In this document: piece by piece, positions 54,631 to 64,000 of the stretch
Position numbering within the stretch: position 1 is the stretch's first letter
Layout: each line of letters begins with the position of its first letter
Origin: an uncultured cyanobacterium
GTDB lineage: Bacteria; Cyanobacteriota; Cyanobacteriia; Cyanobacteriales; Cyanobacteriaceae
DNA: 64,000 nt
Assembly: GCA_963710605.1 (NCBI GenBank)
Contig: CAVQBA010000004.1
Location: 1,280,001-1,344,000, forward strand
Direction: 5' to 3'
Position numbers and translations under genes: made by a program
The notes under the pieces: model-generated
Database searches by the model: none
Told to the model about the DNA's origin: nothing
What the model saw: the letters and a program-made list of their open reading frames with translations, nothing else

Positions 54631-56718
54631 ATGAGCAATCCTATTTTTGAACTAAGCAGTCTGAACGGAAATGATGGTTTTGTGATTAATGGTATCGATG
54701 AAAACGATTTTTCAGGAATTTCTGTCAGTAGTGCAGGAGATGTCAATGGCGATGGCATTGATGACCTGATTATTGGTGCCAAAGGAGGCCGTCCCAACGG
54801 TGAATATTCAGGAGAAAGTTATGTCGTCTTCGGTAGCACGAGTGGTTTCTCTTCATCCTTGGAGTTATCTTCACTTAATGGTAGTAATGGTTTTGTGATC
54901 AATGGTATCAATGAAGACGATCGCTCGGGAAGTTCTGTCAGTAATGCGGGGGATGTTAATGGCGATGGTATTGATGACCTAATTATTGGTGCGAGAGGAG
55001 GCGATCCCAATGGTCGTAATGGTGCGGGAGAAAGTTACGTCGTCTTTGGTAGCACAAGTAGTTTTTCTTCATCCTTAGAGTTATCTTCACTTAATGGAAG
55101 TAATGGTTTTGCCATTAATGGTATCGATGAATTCGATCGCTCGGGAAGTTCTGTTAGTAGTGCGGGGGATGTCAATGGCGATGGCATTGATGACGTTATT
55201 GTCGGTGGGAGAGGAGGCGATACTAATGGTATATTTTCAGGAGAAAGTTACGTCGTCTTTGGTAGCACGAATGGTTTCTCTTCATCCTTAGAGTTATCTT
55301 CACTTAATGGAAGTAATGGTTTTGTGATTAATGGTATCGATGAAGGTAATTTTTCGGGAAGTTTGGTCAGTGGTGCGGGGGATGTTAATGGTGATGGCAT
55401 TGATGACCTGATTATTGGTGCATATAGGGCAGATCCTAATAGTCGTTATGCGGCGGGAGAAAGTTATGTAGTCTTTGGTAGCACAAGTAGTTTCTCTTCA
55501 TCTTTGGAGTTATCTTCACTTAATGGAAGTAATGGTTTTGTGATTAATGGTATCGATGAAAGTGATTTTTCGGGTCGTTCGGTCAGTAGTGCGGGAGATG
55601 TCAATGGTGATGGTATTGATGACCTGATTATTAGTGCCACAGGAGGCGATCCCAATGGTCGTGATAGTGCGGGAGAAAGTTATGTGATCTTTGGTAGCAT
55701 GAGTGGTTTCTCTTCATCCTTGGAGTTATCTTCACTCAATGGAAGTAATGGTTTTGTAATTAATGGTATCAATCAATTCGATCGAACGGGAGGTTCTGTT
55801 AGTAGTGCGGGGGATGTCAATGGCGATGGCTTTGATGATCTAATTATTAGTGCATATACGGCAGATCCCAATGGTCGTAGTGGTGCGGGAGAAAGTTACG
55901 TAGTTTTTGGTAGCACGAGTGGTTTCTCTTCATCCTTGGAGTTATCTTCACTTAATAGAAGTAATGGTTTTGTGATTAATGGGATCGATGAAGGTGATTT
56001 TTCAGGTCGTTCGGTCAGTAGTGCGGGGGATGTCAATAAAGACGGTTTTGACGATCTAATTATTGGTGCAATTCATGCCGATCCCAATGGTCGTAATAAG
56101 GCGGGAGAAAGTTATGTCGTCTTTGGTTCTGCTGGTAATCCCGCTCCTTTAACCTTAAAAAGAGGAACTGCTCAAATTGCCTATGTTGCCTATTATGGCA
56201 GACCTGCCGATAACAGCGGACAAGGCTTTTGGAATCAAGTTCTTACCGATAATAACATCAGCTATTCTCCTCGTAATGGCGATTTGTTAACTGGAAATGA
56301 AGAACCCGTTTACAACCAATTCGTCAACGATTTTGGTAATAGCGATGAAGCTAACCGTATTTTTGGCGGGTTAAGTAACCGCGATCAAGTCAATACGGTT
56401 TATAATTTTGCCTTCGATCGAGATGGAGAAGTTGGAGGTTTGGATTTTTGGACGACTCAGCTAGATTTAGGTAATGTGAATTTAACTACTTTTGCGATGG
56501 AAGTAGCATTGGGTGCACAAAATGAAGATATTGTTACTTTAAATAACAAAATTACCAGTGCCGATTTATTTAGTAGTTCGATCGATACCCCCGCAGAAAC
56601 TCAAGCTTATACGGGAAATACGGGAGAAGTATTTGGACGAGATTGGTTAGCAGGATTTGGGACAAATGTAGCCAATCAAATGCAGGTGGATACTGCTTTA
56701 ACCGATTTGGTGGGGTAA
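54631..56718 (+). CDS. Second FG-GAP 7-repeat protein with the same C-terminal domain
   Basis: Seven FG-GAP repeats; C-terminal ~180 aa closely similar to that of 50048..52123. Confidence 0.88.
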   Translation: MSNPIFELSSLNGNDGFVINGIDENDFSGISVSSAGDVNGDGIDDLIIGAKGGRPNGEYSGESYVVFGSTSGFSSSLELSSLNGSNGFVINGINEDDRSGSSVSNAGDVNGDGIDDLIIGARGGDPNGRNGAGESYVVFGSTSSFSSSLELSSLNGSNGFAINGIDEFDRSGSSVSSAGDVNGDGIDDVIVGGRGGDTNGIFSGESYVVFGSTNGFSSSLELSSLNGSNGFVINGIDEGNFSGSLVSGAGDVNGDGIDDLIIGAYRADPNSRYAAGESYVVFGSTSSFSSSLELSSLNGSNGFVINGIDESDFSGRSVSSAGDVNGDGIDDLIISATGGDPNGRDSAGESYVIFGSMSGFSSSLELSSLNGSNGFVINGINQFDRTGGSVSSAGDVNGDGFDDLIISAYTADPNGRSGAGESYVVFGSTSGFSSSLELSSLNRSNGFVINGIDEGDFSGRSVSSAGDVNKDGFDDLIIGAIHADPNGRNKAGESYVVFGSAGNPAPLTLKRGTAQIAYVAYYGRPADNSGQGFWNQVLTDNNISYSPRNGDLLTGNEEPVYNQFVNDFGNSDEANRIFGGLSNRDQVNTVYNFAFDRDGEVGGLDFWTTQLDLGNVNLTTFAMEVALGAQNEDIVTLNNKITSADLFSSSIDTPAETQAYTGNTGEVFGRDWLAGFGTNVANQMQVDTALTDLVG

Positions 56719-56902
56719 ATAGAGACGTAGCTAGCAATATTTTTATTAAATTATATCGCTAGATATACAACTTATCGACCCCTCTACATCTCCCATTCAA
56801 GGGAAGACTTAGGACAGTTTTATCTAAGCAAAACTATTAGTAAGATTGAATCGAAATGGTATGACCGAGTAAAGATGTCAAGAAGCAACAACTACTTAGT
56901 TA

Positions 56903-58408
56903 TTAACTTTCAGCGATCGATCGTTGTTTTTCCTTAATCCGAGCTTGTTTAGCTTCTTTACCAAAAAGGACAAAACCAAAAATTAACCAAAAAGCTAATA
57001 AAACAGAGGTGACGATTAACATCGTTACTGAACCAAAATTAACAATCAAAATAGGTGCAGCGGCTGTAAATAAACCACCACCGACGATCGGTTCAAAAAA
57101 TAATTGTTTATAAGCAAAACTTTCAAATGCTTGTGACTTGTTATGAGGATCAACCATTCTTAGTAATAAAATACCAGTTGCTGTCACTCCCATTGATTGC
57201 CCCATATCACCAATACCCCTTTCAAACCAAAATTGAGGAATCAAACGAGGAGCAAGAAAGACGAATGCAAATATATTCCAAGCAATACCAACGACACTTA
57301 GAATCACGAATACGCCTAAATTACCACCTAATACTTGAAGCGAAATAGAAGCCAAAGCAGAGACAATCACTACATCAAGAGCCAAACCTGCTAAATTATC
57401 CATTAACGATCGTCTAATTAATAACTGTAAATTTAATTTACGTAAACCTAACTGAACTATAATTCCACCCAACAAAGTCATTGGAAACAAAGGTACATAA
57501 TCAACTATTTCTAAACCAGTTAATCCCCAAGTGAAAGACTCGATAATTTGTAATAGGTGTAAAATTAACCAACCAATTACTACAGCTAAACCAATAAAAC
57601 CAAAATTAAGCGAAAGAGGATCGATTAATAAGTTTTTAGTCAACTCTTTTCTTCTAGAGCGAATAAACTCTTCTCTTTCTTCCTTTTCTTTTTCTTCTTC
57701 ATCTCGTCTTTGTAAAACTTCCTTAGGAACTATTCCTTCATATTCATCAAGTTCAGGATAGTTTATTTTAGCACTTTCAATATACTCTTTTCTTCTACCC
57801 CAATTAACTAAAAATGTTCCTACTACTATCCCTGAAATAATCCCTACAGTAGCTAATCCTACCGCCAAATCTCCTCCCTCGGCAAAACCTAACTTAGCAA
57901 AAGTATCTTGCATACCTGCGGCTGTACCATGCCCTCCTTCAAAAGCAATCTCGATTAAAGCCCCAACTGTCGGATCGACATTAAATACAGGTACTAAAAT
58001 TAGTAAAGTAACGAGTAATCCTAATACGTATTGTCCCCAAGCGATACTTTGTCCAAAAACAACTTGTGGAGCGGCTTTTTGCCAAATACTTTTCAAGTTA
58101 GGTATCGATTCACCTAAAAATAAGGCGGCAAAGACGATATTAATAAATACTGAGGGTGCTTGTTGCCAAACTGTTCTGATTTCAGGGGAAAATAATCCTC
58201 CAGCAATAATTGTATTTTCTCCTAAAATGTTAGATGCGATCGTGCCTAAAACTTCAGGACCTAAAATTAACGCTAAAAAACCTGCAATTACAGATTCTGG
58301 TAAATATAGTTTTTGTAACCAAGTTGATTTTTGTTGAATAACACGCCCAATTAATATCAGTAAGCCGATTATAACTAGAGCAAAAAATACGTCTTTTAAA
58401 TTAAACAC
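56903..58408 (-). CDS. gltS: Sodium/glutamate symporter
   Basis: LYLPESVIAG, AFEGGHGTAAG and GQSMGVTATG motifs; multiple TM segments. Confidence 0.85.
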   Translation of the reverse strand: MFNLKDVFFALVIIGLLILIGRVIQQKSTWLQKLYLPESVIAGFLALILGPEVLGTIASNILGENTIIAGGLFSPEIRTVWQQAPSVFINIVFAALFLGESIPNLKSIWQKAAPQVVFGQSIAWGQYVLGLLVTLLILVPVFNVDPTVGALIEIAFEGGHGTAAGMQDTFAKLGFAEGGDLAVGLATVGIISGIVVGTFLVNWGRRKEYIESAKINYPELDEYEGIVPKEVLQRRDEEEKEKEEREEFIRSRRKELTKNLLIDPLSLNFGFIGLAVVIGWLILHLLQIIESFTWGLTGLEIVDYVPLFPMTLLGGIIVQLGLRKLNLQLLIRRSLMDNLAGLALDVVIVSALASISLQVLGGNLGVFVILSVVGIAWNIFAFVFLAPRLIPQFWFERGIGDMGQSMGVTATGILLLRMVDPHNKSQAFESFAYKQLFFEPIVGGGLFTAAAPILIVNFGSVTMLIVTSVLLAFWLIFGFVLFGKEAKQARIKEKQRSIAES

Positions 58409-58594
58409 GATAAGTTTTTTTGAGTAAGGAGTAATAAGTAAGAAGTAATGAGTAAGAAATAATGAGTAAAGAGTTTTAATTGTTCATTGTTCATTGTTAA
58501 CTGTTCATTGTTAACTGTTCATTGTTTAGTATAATTCCTGATAGTTTATGCTCATCATAGATTATGTTTTTAATCAAATAAATTTTAAAAAAAT

Positions 58595-59206
58595 ATGTTA
58601 ATAGCACTTATTTCTCTCAAAGGTGGAGTTGGCAAAACTACTACTGCAATACATTTAGCTACTTATTTACAAAGTAAAAAACCAACATTGTTAATTGATG
58701 CCGATCGTAATCGTTCTGCTTTAGTTTGGTCAACCAACGATAATTTACCTTTTACTGTAGCATCTCAAGCGGGTTCTACAGCTTTTATTGCTCAACACGA
58801 ATACATCATCACAGACATGAAAGCAGGACCAGAAGAAGCCGATTTAGTTGATTTAGCTAGAGCTCATGATTTAGTTATTCTACCTACAACTCCTAATCAT
58901 CTTGATTTGAATTCCACAGTCAGAACGGCAGAAATATTTGCTAAACACAATATTACTAATTATAAAGTTCTCTTGACAAAAGTTGACCCTCGTACTACCA
59001 GTAGCAAAATGGCTAAGTTATTTTTAGAGGATCAAGAGTTACCAATATTTAAAGCCCAAATACCTTTATTAGTTGCTTTTGAAAGAGCATCCCAACATGG
59101 GAAAACAGTTAAAGATTATAGTAACGATCGAGCTAAAAAGGCATGGAAAAAATATCAAGAAGTAGGTAAAGAAGTTCTCAAATATTATCAAGAAAATAAA
59201 GTTTAA
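58595..59206 (+). CDS. Short ParA-family ATPase
   Basis: Deviant Walker A KGGVGKTT, LLIDAD and VILPTTP motifs. Confidence 0.9.
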   Translation: MLIALISLKGGVGKTTTAIHLATYLQSKKPTLLIDADRNRSALVWSTNDNLPFTVASQAGSTAFIAQHEYIITDMKAGPEEADLVDLARAHDLVILPTTPNHLDLNSTVRTAEIFAKHNITNYKVLLTKVDPRTTSSKMAKLFLEDQELPIFKAQIPLLVAFERASQHGKTVKDYSNDRAKKAWKKYQEVGKEVLKYYQENKV

Positions 59207-59256
59207 TCTAGTTAATAAAGACGTTACGCGCGTAACGTCCCTACATACTTTATAGT

Positions 59257-59631
59257 TTAATCGATCAAATCATCTTTAGTCAGTAAAACTTTAACTTTAT
59301 CTACTCCGCCCCAAATATCGTCATAGGAAATTTTGAGTAAAGAAAGGATACCAATTAAAATTAAAATATTACCAAAAATAAAATTACGATCGTATAAATA
59401 TAAACCAACAATCACAATAAAATAAGGAGATAAAATACTACTAATTTTTTCGACCAATTTAACTGTTGGAGATTCTTCTTGTTCAATTTCTAGCTCAATT
59501 TCTGACCTTAATTCATCAGTTAGTATTTCGTTAGTAGTAACCCGATTAATTTCGTCAACATCGTTAATAATAAGCTCATCCACAAGCGGAGTTTTATCGA
59601 TTTTTGGTTCTTGATTTCCTCTGCTAAACAT
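59257..59631 (-). CDS. Hypothetical membrane protein (2 TM)
   Basis: Acidic N-terminus; LSPYFIVIVGLYLY...GNILILIGILSLL. Confidence 0.7.
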   Translation of the reverse strand: MFSRGNQEPKIDKTPLVDELIINDVDEINRVTTNEILTDELRSEIELEIEQEESPTVKLVEKISSILSPYFIVIVGLYLYDRNFIFGNILILIGILSLLKISYDDIWGGVDKVKVLLTKDDLID

Positions 59632-59828
59632 ACTTTTATGATGCTCCTTTACGTTAGTTTATTCATTATATGTTGATAATTCCACAGGTAGTCATAAGGT
59701 TAATCAGATTTTTAGCTCAAATAATTAACTTGTTATGACAAAATCATTTCTCTCGTAGGTTGGGTTAAGCCTAGAACAATTTAAGCGATAAACGATACAT
59801 AAAAAAAAGCGAAACCCAACAGAAATAC

Positions 59829-59921
59829 TATAGCAGAGAACGAGTTTGCTCTTGGCACTCAACCACCCCTAACCCCTCCTTGCTAAGGAGGGGAACTTGA
59901 TTTAACTTATTTACTGCTATA
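59829..59921. repeat. Short TATAGCAG...CTGCTATA element enclosing a CCCCT...AGGGG palindrome
   Basis: 8-bp terminal inverted repeat. Related C/G-rich palindromes lie near 14273, 17803, 21507, 24211, 24385, 28157 and 56778. Confidence 0.6.
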
Positions 59922-60020
59922 CGGTTCAAAGAATCATTACAAAATTAGCAATAACCTTTGTGATTCCTTAAACCGAAATTGTTTTATTCTGCTTATTGAA
60001 AGTAAAATTAAAATCAGTAT

Positions 60021-61523
60021 TTACCGAAGCCAAAAATCAGGTAATAAATTTTCAGTGAGAGTTTTGAGATTCTGATTAATTGTACGAGCAAGTTGAATAT
60101 GAGGTTCATCTTTTTCTACGGGTACAATATAAGCGTTACTACCTTCATTTAAATGGTTAACTACCTGATTCGCCGCTTCTAAACCCGTGACATAAGCCTT
60201 TTCTTGCGACCATGAACCGTGATCGGTTACAATCCAATCACCACTCATAAACAAATTAGGTATATCGGTATTAACTCTGAGTAAGTTTTGGTAACTACCA
60301 GGGGCAAAATGAGTTACACCTTGAGATATTTTAATCACGCTACTGTCGATAATTTGAGCAGTACCAAATTCGCTAATACAAGTAGCCAAATCTTGATGTA
60401 CTTTTTTGATTATTTGTTCGTCAGTCATAGCTAATAGTTGATTGGCATGATAAAAATCAACTTCAACTACCGTACCAGCTTCGTCTTTGTATTTATCATG
60501 AAGGTTATTAAGATCGAAGAATGTCCAACCTGTCGTATCATCAAAACCAAAACAAGCATTTGAAGGTAAAGGTATATTAACACGTCGATCGAACCATAAT
60601 CTTACAGCTAAAACATCGATCGAATTTAGATTCATTAAATTACGGAATTGACGATATTTACTAAGGGTATTACTTTGACGCACAACTTTTTTCATCCCTG
60701 CAATACTAATCCCCGAAATTACCGCATCCGCTTCAAAACTTTCCTCTCCACAAATAACAGCCGTTGCTTCACCTTCATCATTAACAGCTATATCGGTAAC
60801 TTTTTTACCAATCAACACTTTTGCACCTAACTGTCTAATCTGTTGAATCCAAGGTTGAAAAATCATCTCTCCTACCGTGCCACGACACCAAACCACATCA
60901 AAATCGGGTTGATGAGCCAAAATAAAATAATATAACATCCCTAAAGCCGCCGCCGCACTACATTGTTCGCCTGGTGCAAATAAACCAACTAACAACATTG
61001 GCTCAAAAGATTCCTTGTATAATTTAGCGGATACACCGTACTCACGAAATAATTCTCTAGCACTAATTTTGTCGTATTTAAGCCATGCTTCGTGAGAATT
61101 ATCAAAATCTACTACCGCCGACATTAAAGGTAACGCTGAAAGTCGATCGAGTAACGGTAAACGGAAAAATTGAGGATAGACAAATGTACCTAATGGGCTA
61201 GGTAAACGAGGCTCATTTTGAAAGATAGGTGATTCGGTTTCTAAGCCATAAGGAGAGTATTGATTGGAGCGAGTAAAAGCAGTAAAAGGATTCAGTTTTA
61301 ATTCTCTAATCAAGCGAAATATATTTTGATAAGGATACCAAAAACCATGTATTCCTGCTTCCACACTACGCCCTTTTTCTGTTTGCCAACCCGCAACTAA
61401 TCCTCCTGCTTGAGGTGATGCTTCGAGTAAGGTGACATCATAACCTTGTTTGGCTAAATGATAAGTTGCACCTAAACCTGCCCATCCTGCACCGATAACT
61501 ACTACTTTCTTTTTTTCTGACAT
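60021..61523 (-). CDS. FAD-dependent oxidoreductase (amine oxidase/carotene desaturase/HpnE-like family)
   Basis: VIGAGWAGL, LLEASPQAGG, EAGIHGFW and SGDW...SQEKAYVTGLEAAN motifs. Confidence 0.85.
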   Translation of the reverse strand: MSEKKKVVVIGAGWAGLGATYHLAKQGYDVTLLEASPQAGGLVAGWQTEKGRSVEAGIHGFWYPYQNIFRLIRELKLNPFTAFTRSNQYSPYGLETESPIFQNEPRLPSPLGTFVYPQFFRLPLLDRLSALPLMSAVVDFDNSHEAWLKYDKISARELFREYGVSAKLYKESFEPMLLVGLFAPGEQCSAAAALGMLYYFILAHQPDFDVVWCRGTVGEMIFQPWIQQIRQLGAKVLIGKKVTDIAVNDEGEATAVICGEESFEADAVISGISIAGMKKVVRQSNTLSKYRQFRNLMNLNSIDVLAVRLWFDRRVNIPLPSNACFGFDDTTGWTFFDLNNLHDKYKDEAGTVVEVDFYHANQLLAMTDEQIIKKVHQDLATCISEFGTAQIIDSSVIKISQGVTHFAPGSYQNLLRVNTDIPNLFMSGDWIVTDHGSWSQEKAYVTGLEAANQVVNHLNEGSNAYIVPVEKDEPHIQLARTINQNLKTLTENLLPDFWLR

Positions 61524-61740
61524 AATAATTGCAGATGATTGTAAACAAATGTTAACTACCATTATGACAATTAATATGAGAAAGTATCCTACGAAGGTTT
61601 TAGAGTAACTAATTTAAAAATAGAATTATAATACTGTTATGAATAAAGGAGTAAGAGAATGGATATAAAGAGATCGAGATAGCTATGCTAATAAATAACA
61701 TTTATTTCTATTTTGATAATTAAAAACAGAGTAATTAAAT

Positions 61741-62481
61741 ATGAGATTAGTATCGCAGTCTGTAGAGCTACAAAATGCTTTTAAAGCAAAAGTGAAGCAA
61801 AAAGTATCAAGACAACAAGAAAAAATAAAAGACAAATTTAATAATGATTATTTTGCAAGTTTTGTTAGTTTTGGTACTTCATTACAACAAAGCAGAAATA
61901 ATTTTATTGGTAATCTAGGAGAATTATCGGTTTCAGTATTGTTAAATTTATTACCTCATGATTGGGTAATGTTTAAAAATGCTTTAATTCCAACAACTAA
62001 TGGTAATTTGACAGAAATAGATTTATTAATAGTTGGCAGTAAAGGTATTTTTTTGATAGAAGTAAAAACTTGGAGAGGTGCTTTTTGTGCTTATCAAGAT
62101 CGATGGAAAATGAAACAAAATAATCAATGGATACCTTTACAAAATAGTCCGTCTCGTCAAAGTTTATATCACTTAGATATTTTTTCTAGTTGGTTAAAGA
62201 AAAACGAAATTACGATCGCAGATTGTAAAATGTATGCTCCTGTGGTATTCAATCTTGTCAAATGGTTAGGAATAACAGACTGTTGTGTACCTATATTCAA
62301 AAATCAAATAGAATTATTAAAATACATCAAAGAGTGTCCTGATTGTTTGAGTAAATCTGAAATTGAAATTGTTAGTAGTGCGATCGAAAATTGTAAATTA
62401 AAACTAACTAATAACATTTCAAAAAATAGCACATCTAGACCAAAACAAAAACCAATCTTACGAAAAAAATCTCAGTTTTGA
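61741..62481 (+). CDS. NERD (nuclease-related) domain protein
   Basis: GNLGE...EIDLLIVGSKGIFLIEVKTW...SPSRQ. Confidence 0.85.
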   Translation: MRLVSQSVELQNAFKAKVKQKVSRQQEKIKDKFNNDYFASFVSFGTSLQQSRNNFIGNLGELSVSVLLNLLPHDWVMFKNALIPTTNGNLTEIDLLIVGSKGIFLIEVKTWRGAFCAYQDRWKMKQNNQWIPLQNSPSRQSLYHLDIFSSWLKKNEITIADCKMYAPVVFNLVKWLGITDCCVPIFKNQIELLKYIKECPDCLSKSEIEIVSSAIENCKLKLTNNISKNSTSRPKQKPILRKKSQF

Positions 62482-62631
62482 TTAATCTGACTTAGTATCA
62501 TACGTAATTTACAACTAACAACAAAGAATATTAAATAATTTTTTTAATTGTTTGTAGATTGGCTTCGATTAATTATAGAGATTTTACTTAGTCATTCGAT
62601 CGATCGTTCATTATTATCTGTTATCTGGTTT

Positions 62632-63777
62632 ATGGTTAAAAATTATTCTTCTAAATCGCAACAACAAAGAGCATGGATTAATATTAATCATCAAGCATTT
62701 ATTCACAATGTCAAAACGATTAAAAATTTTCTCTCACCTGATACTCTTTTTATGGCGGTGATTAAAGCCGATGCTTATGGGCATGGAGTAGTAAAAGTTG
62801 CTAGAACTATTTTGGATGCAGGAGTTGATGAAATTGCGATCGCTACTTTATCTGAAGGGATAGAATTAAGAGAAGCTGGTATCACTGCACCGATTATGAT
62901 TTTAGGGGCAATTAATACCGCTGAGGAAGTTAAACAAATAATTGAATATAAACTTGAGCCAACTTTATGCACTCCCCAACAAGCTCTAGTTTTTGCCGAT
63001 ACAGTCGCTAGTTTAAATACTAATTTATCAGTACATTTAAAGTTAGATACAGGAATGTCAAGACTTGGTACAAATTGGCAAAATGCAGTTGATTATGTCG
63101 AGTATATTCAGCAGTTTAACCATTTACAAATAAAAAGTATTTATTCCCATTTAGCTACCGCCGATGATGAGGATAAAACTTTTATGTACACACAACACGA
63201 TCGTTTTAAGCAAGTAATTGAGGCGTTAAAATCAGCAAATATTGATCTTCCTCGTTTACATTTAGCTAACTCCGCAGGTACTCTTAACGATCGATCTTTA
63301 CATTATGATATGGTAAGAATTGGACTAGCTTTATACGGTTTATATCCTTCACCTCATCTTCAACACAAACCAAAATTACAACCACCTTTAGAAGTTAAAG
63401 CTCGGATTACGCAAATAAAAACTTTACCAGCAAACACAGGAGTAAGTTATAGTCATACTTTTGTGACGAAAAAAAAGACTAAAATAGCGATCGTGGGTAT
63501 TGGTTATGCTGATGGTATTCCTCGTCTTTTATCTAATAAAATGCAAGTAATTATTAACGGTAAATTAGCGAATCAAATTGGTAATATTACAATGGATCAA
63601 TTAATGTTAGATGTAAGTGATTTTCCTGAAATAAAAGTAGGTCAAATCGTTACTTTATTAGGAAAAGAAAAAGACATAGTAATTACAGCAGATGACTGGG
63701 CAAATACGATCGGGACTATTTCTTGGGAAATTTTATGTGGTTTTAAAAATCGTTTACCCAGAATTAATTTAGCTTAA
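62632..63777 (+). CDS. alr: Alanine racemase
   Basis: AVIKADAYGHG, HLKLDTGMSRLG, HLANSAG, GYADG and TMDQ motifs. Confidence 0.97.
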   Translation: MVKNYSSKSQQQRAWININHQAFIHNVKTIKNFLSPDTLFMAVIKADAYGHGVVKVARTILDAGVDEIAIATLSEGIELREAGITAPIMILGAINTAEEVKQIIEYKLEPTLCTPQQALVFADTVASLNTNLSVHLKLDTGMSRLGTNWQNAVDYVEYIQQFNHLQIKSIYSHLATADDEDKTFMYTQHDRFKQVIEALKSANIDLPRLHLANSAGTLNDRSLHYDMVRIGLALYGLYPSPHLQHKPKLQPPLEVKARITQIKTLPANTGVSYSHTFVTKKKTKIAIVGIGYADGIPRLLSNKMQVIINGKLANQIGNITMDQLMLDVSDFPEIKVGQIVTLLGKEKDIVITADDWANTIGTISWEILCGFKNRLPRINLA

Positions 63778-64000
63778 CTATAGCAAGAAACCAGTTACTT
63801 AGGACATTATATTTAAGATATTTTCCCTTTGAGCAAGACAGGACTGTCTCAAAGTTGCTCATAAATTAGAGCTGTAACTGTTATGGGATAAAGTAAAAAT
63901 AGATTTTAAATTATGAGTTTTTTAAAAGTAGATGAAAAAGGCGAGATTCATCATTTTTCGTGAAAAACATTTCATTACTCATTACTTCTTACTCATTACT

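Noticed and set aside
50048-56718. Regular ~190-bp DNA repeats as a CRISPR array; repeated short alternative-frame ORFs as a peptide family
   Set aside because: These are coding FG-GAP repeats, and the short ORFs are their frame shadows.

Overview
AT-rich cyanobacterial chromosome segment. CGATCG/GCGATCGC (HIP1) sites, heptamer tandem repeats and REP/MITE-like repeats are frequent; a Geminocystis/Cyanobacterium-like host is my inference. Housekeeping genes include atpD-atpC, rnhA, tgt, cobS, cobJ, purS-purQ, rluD, gltS and alr. There are three accessory zones. (1) A ~13 kb block between tgt and tldD holds a tandem-duplicated secreted protein, one copy broken by a complete 1719-bp IS (14-bp TIRs, 9-bp TSD). 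It also holds a membrane Ser/Thr kinase next to an FHA-winged-helix regulator, a Tat substrate, COP23 plus a trypsin-TPR protease, and four small Sec-secreted proteins. Two of these four carry registered Gln/Asn-ladder repeats and look like a curli-analogous fibre system (top candidate). (2) A polyamine cluster (SpeD-like, nspC, carboxyspermidine dehydrogenase) whose first two genes are bracketed by a ~50-bp inverted repeat, with a third copy beyond a frameshifted tldD. (3) A tandem duplication of LysR / TIGR03032 / FG-GAP genes with reciprocal decay. Several single-base frameshifts may be assembly errors. I recognised no rRNA, tRNA or CRISPR array. Product calls come from motif recognition only; no searches were run.
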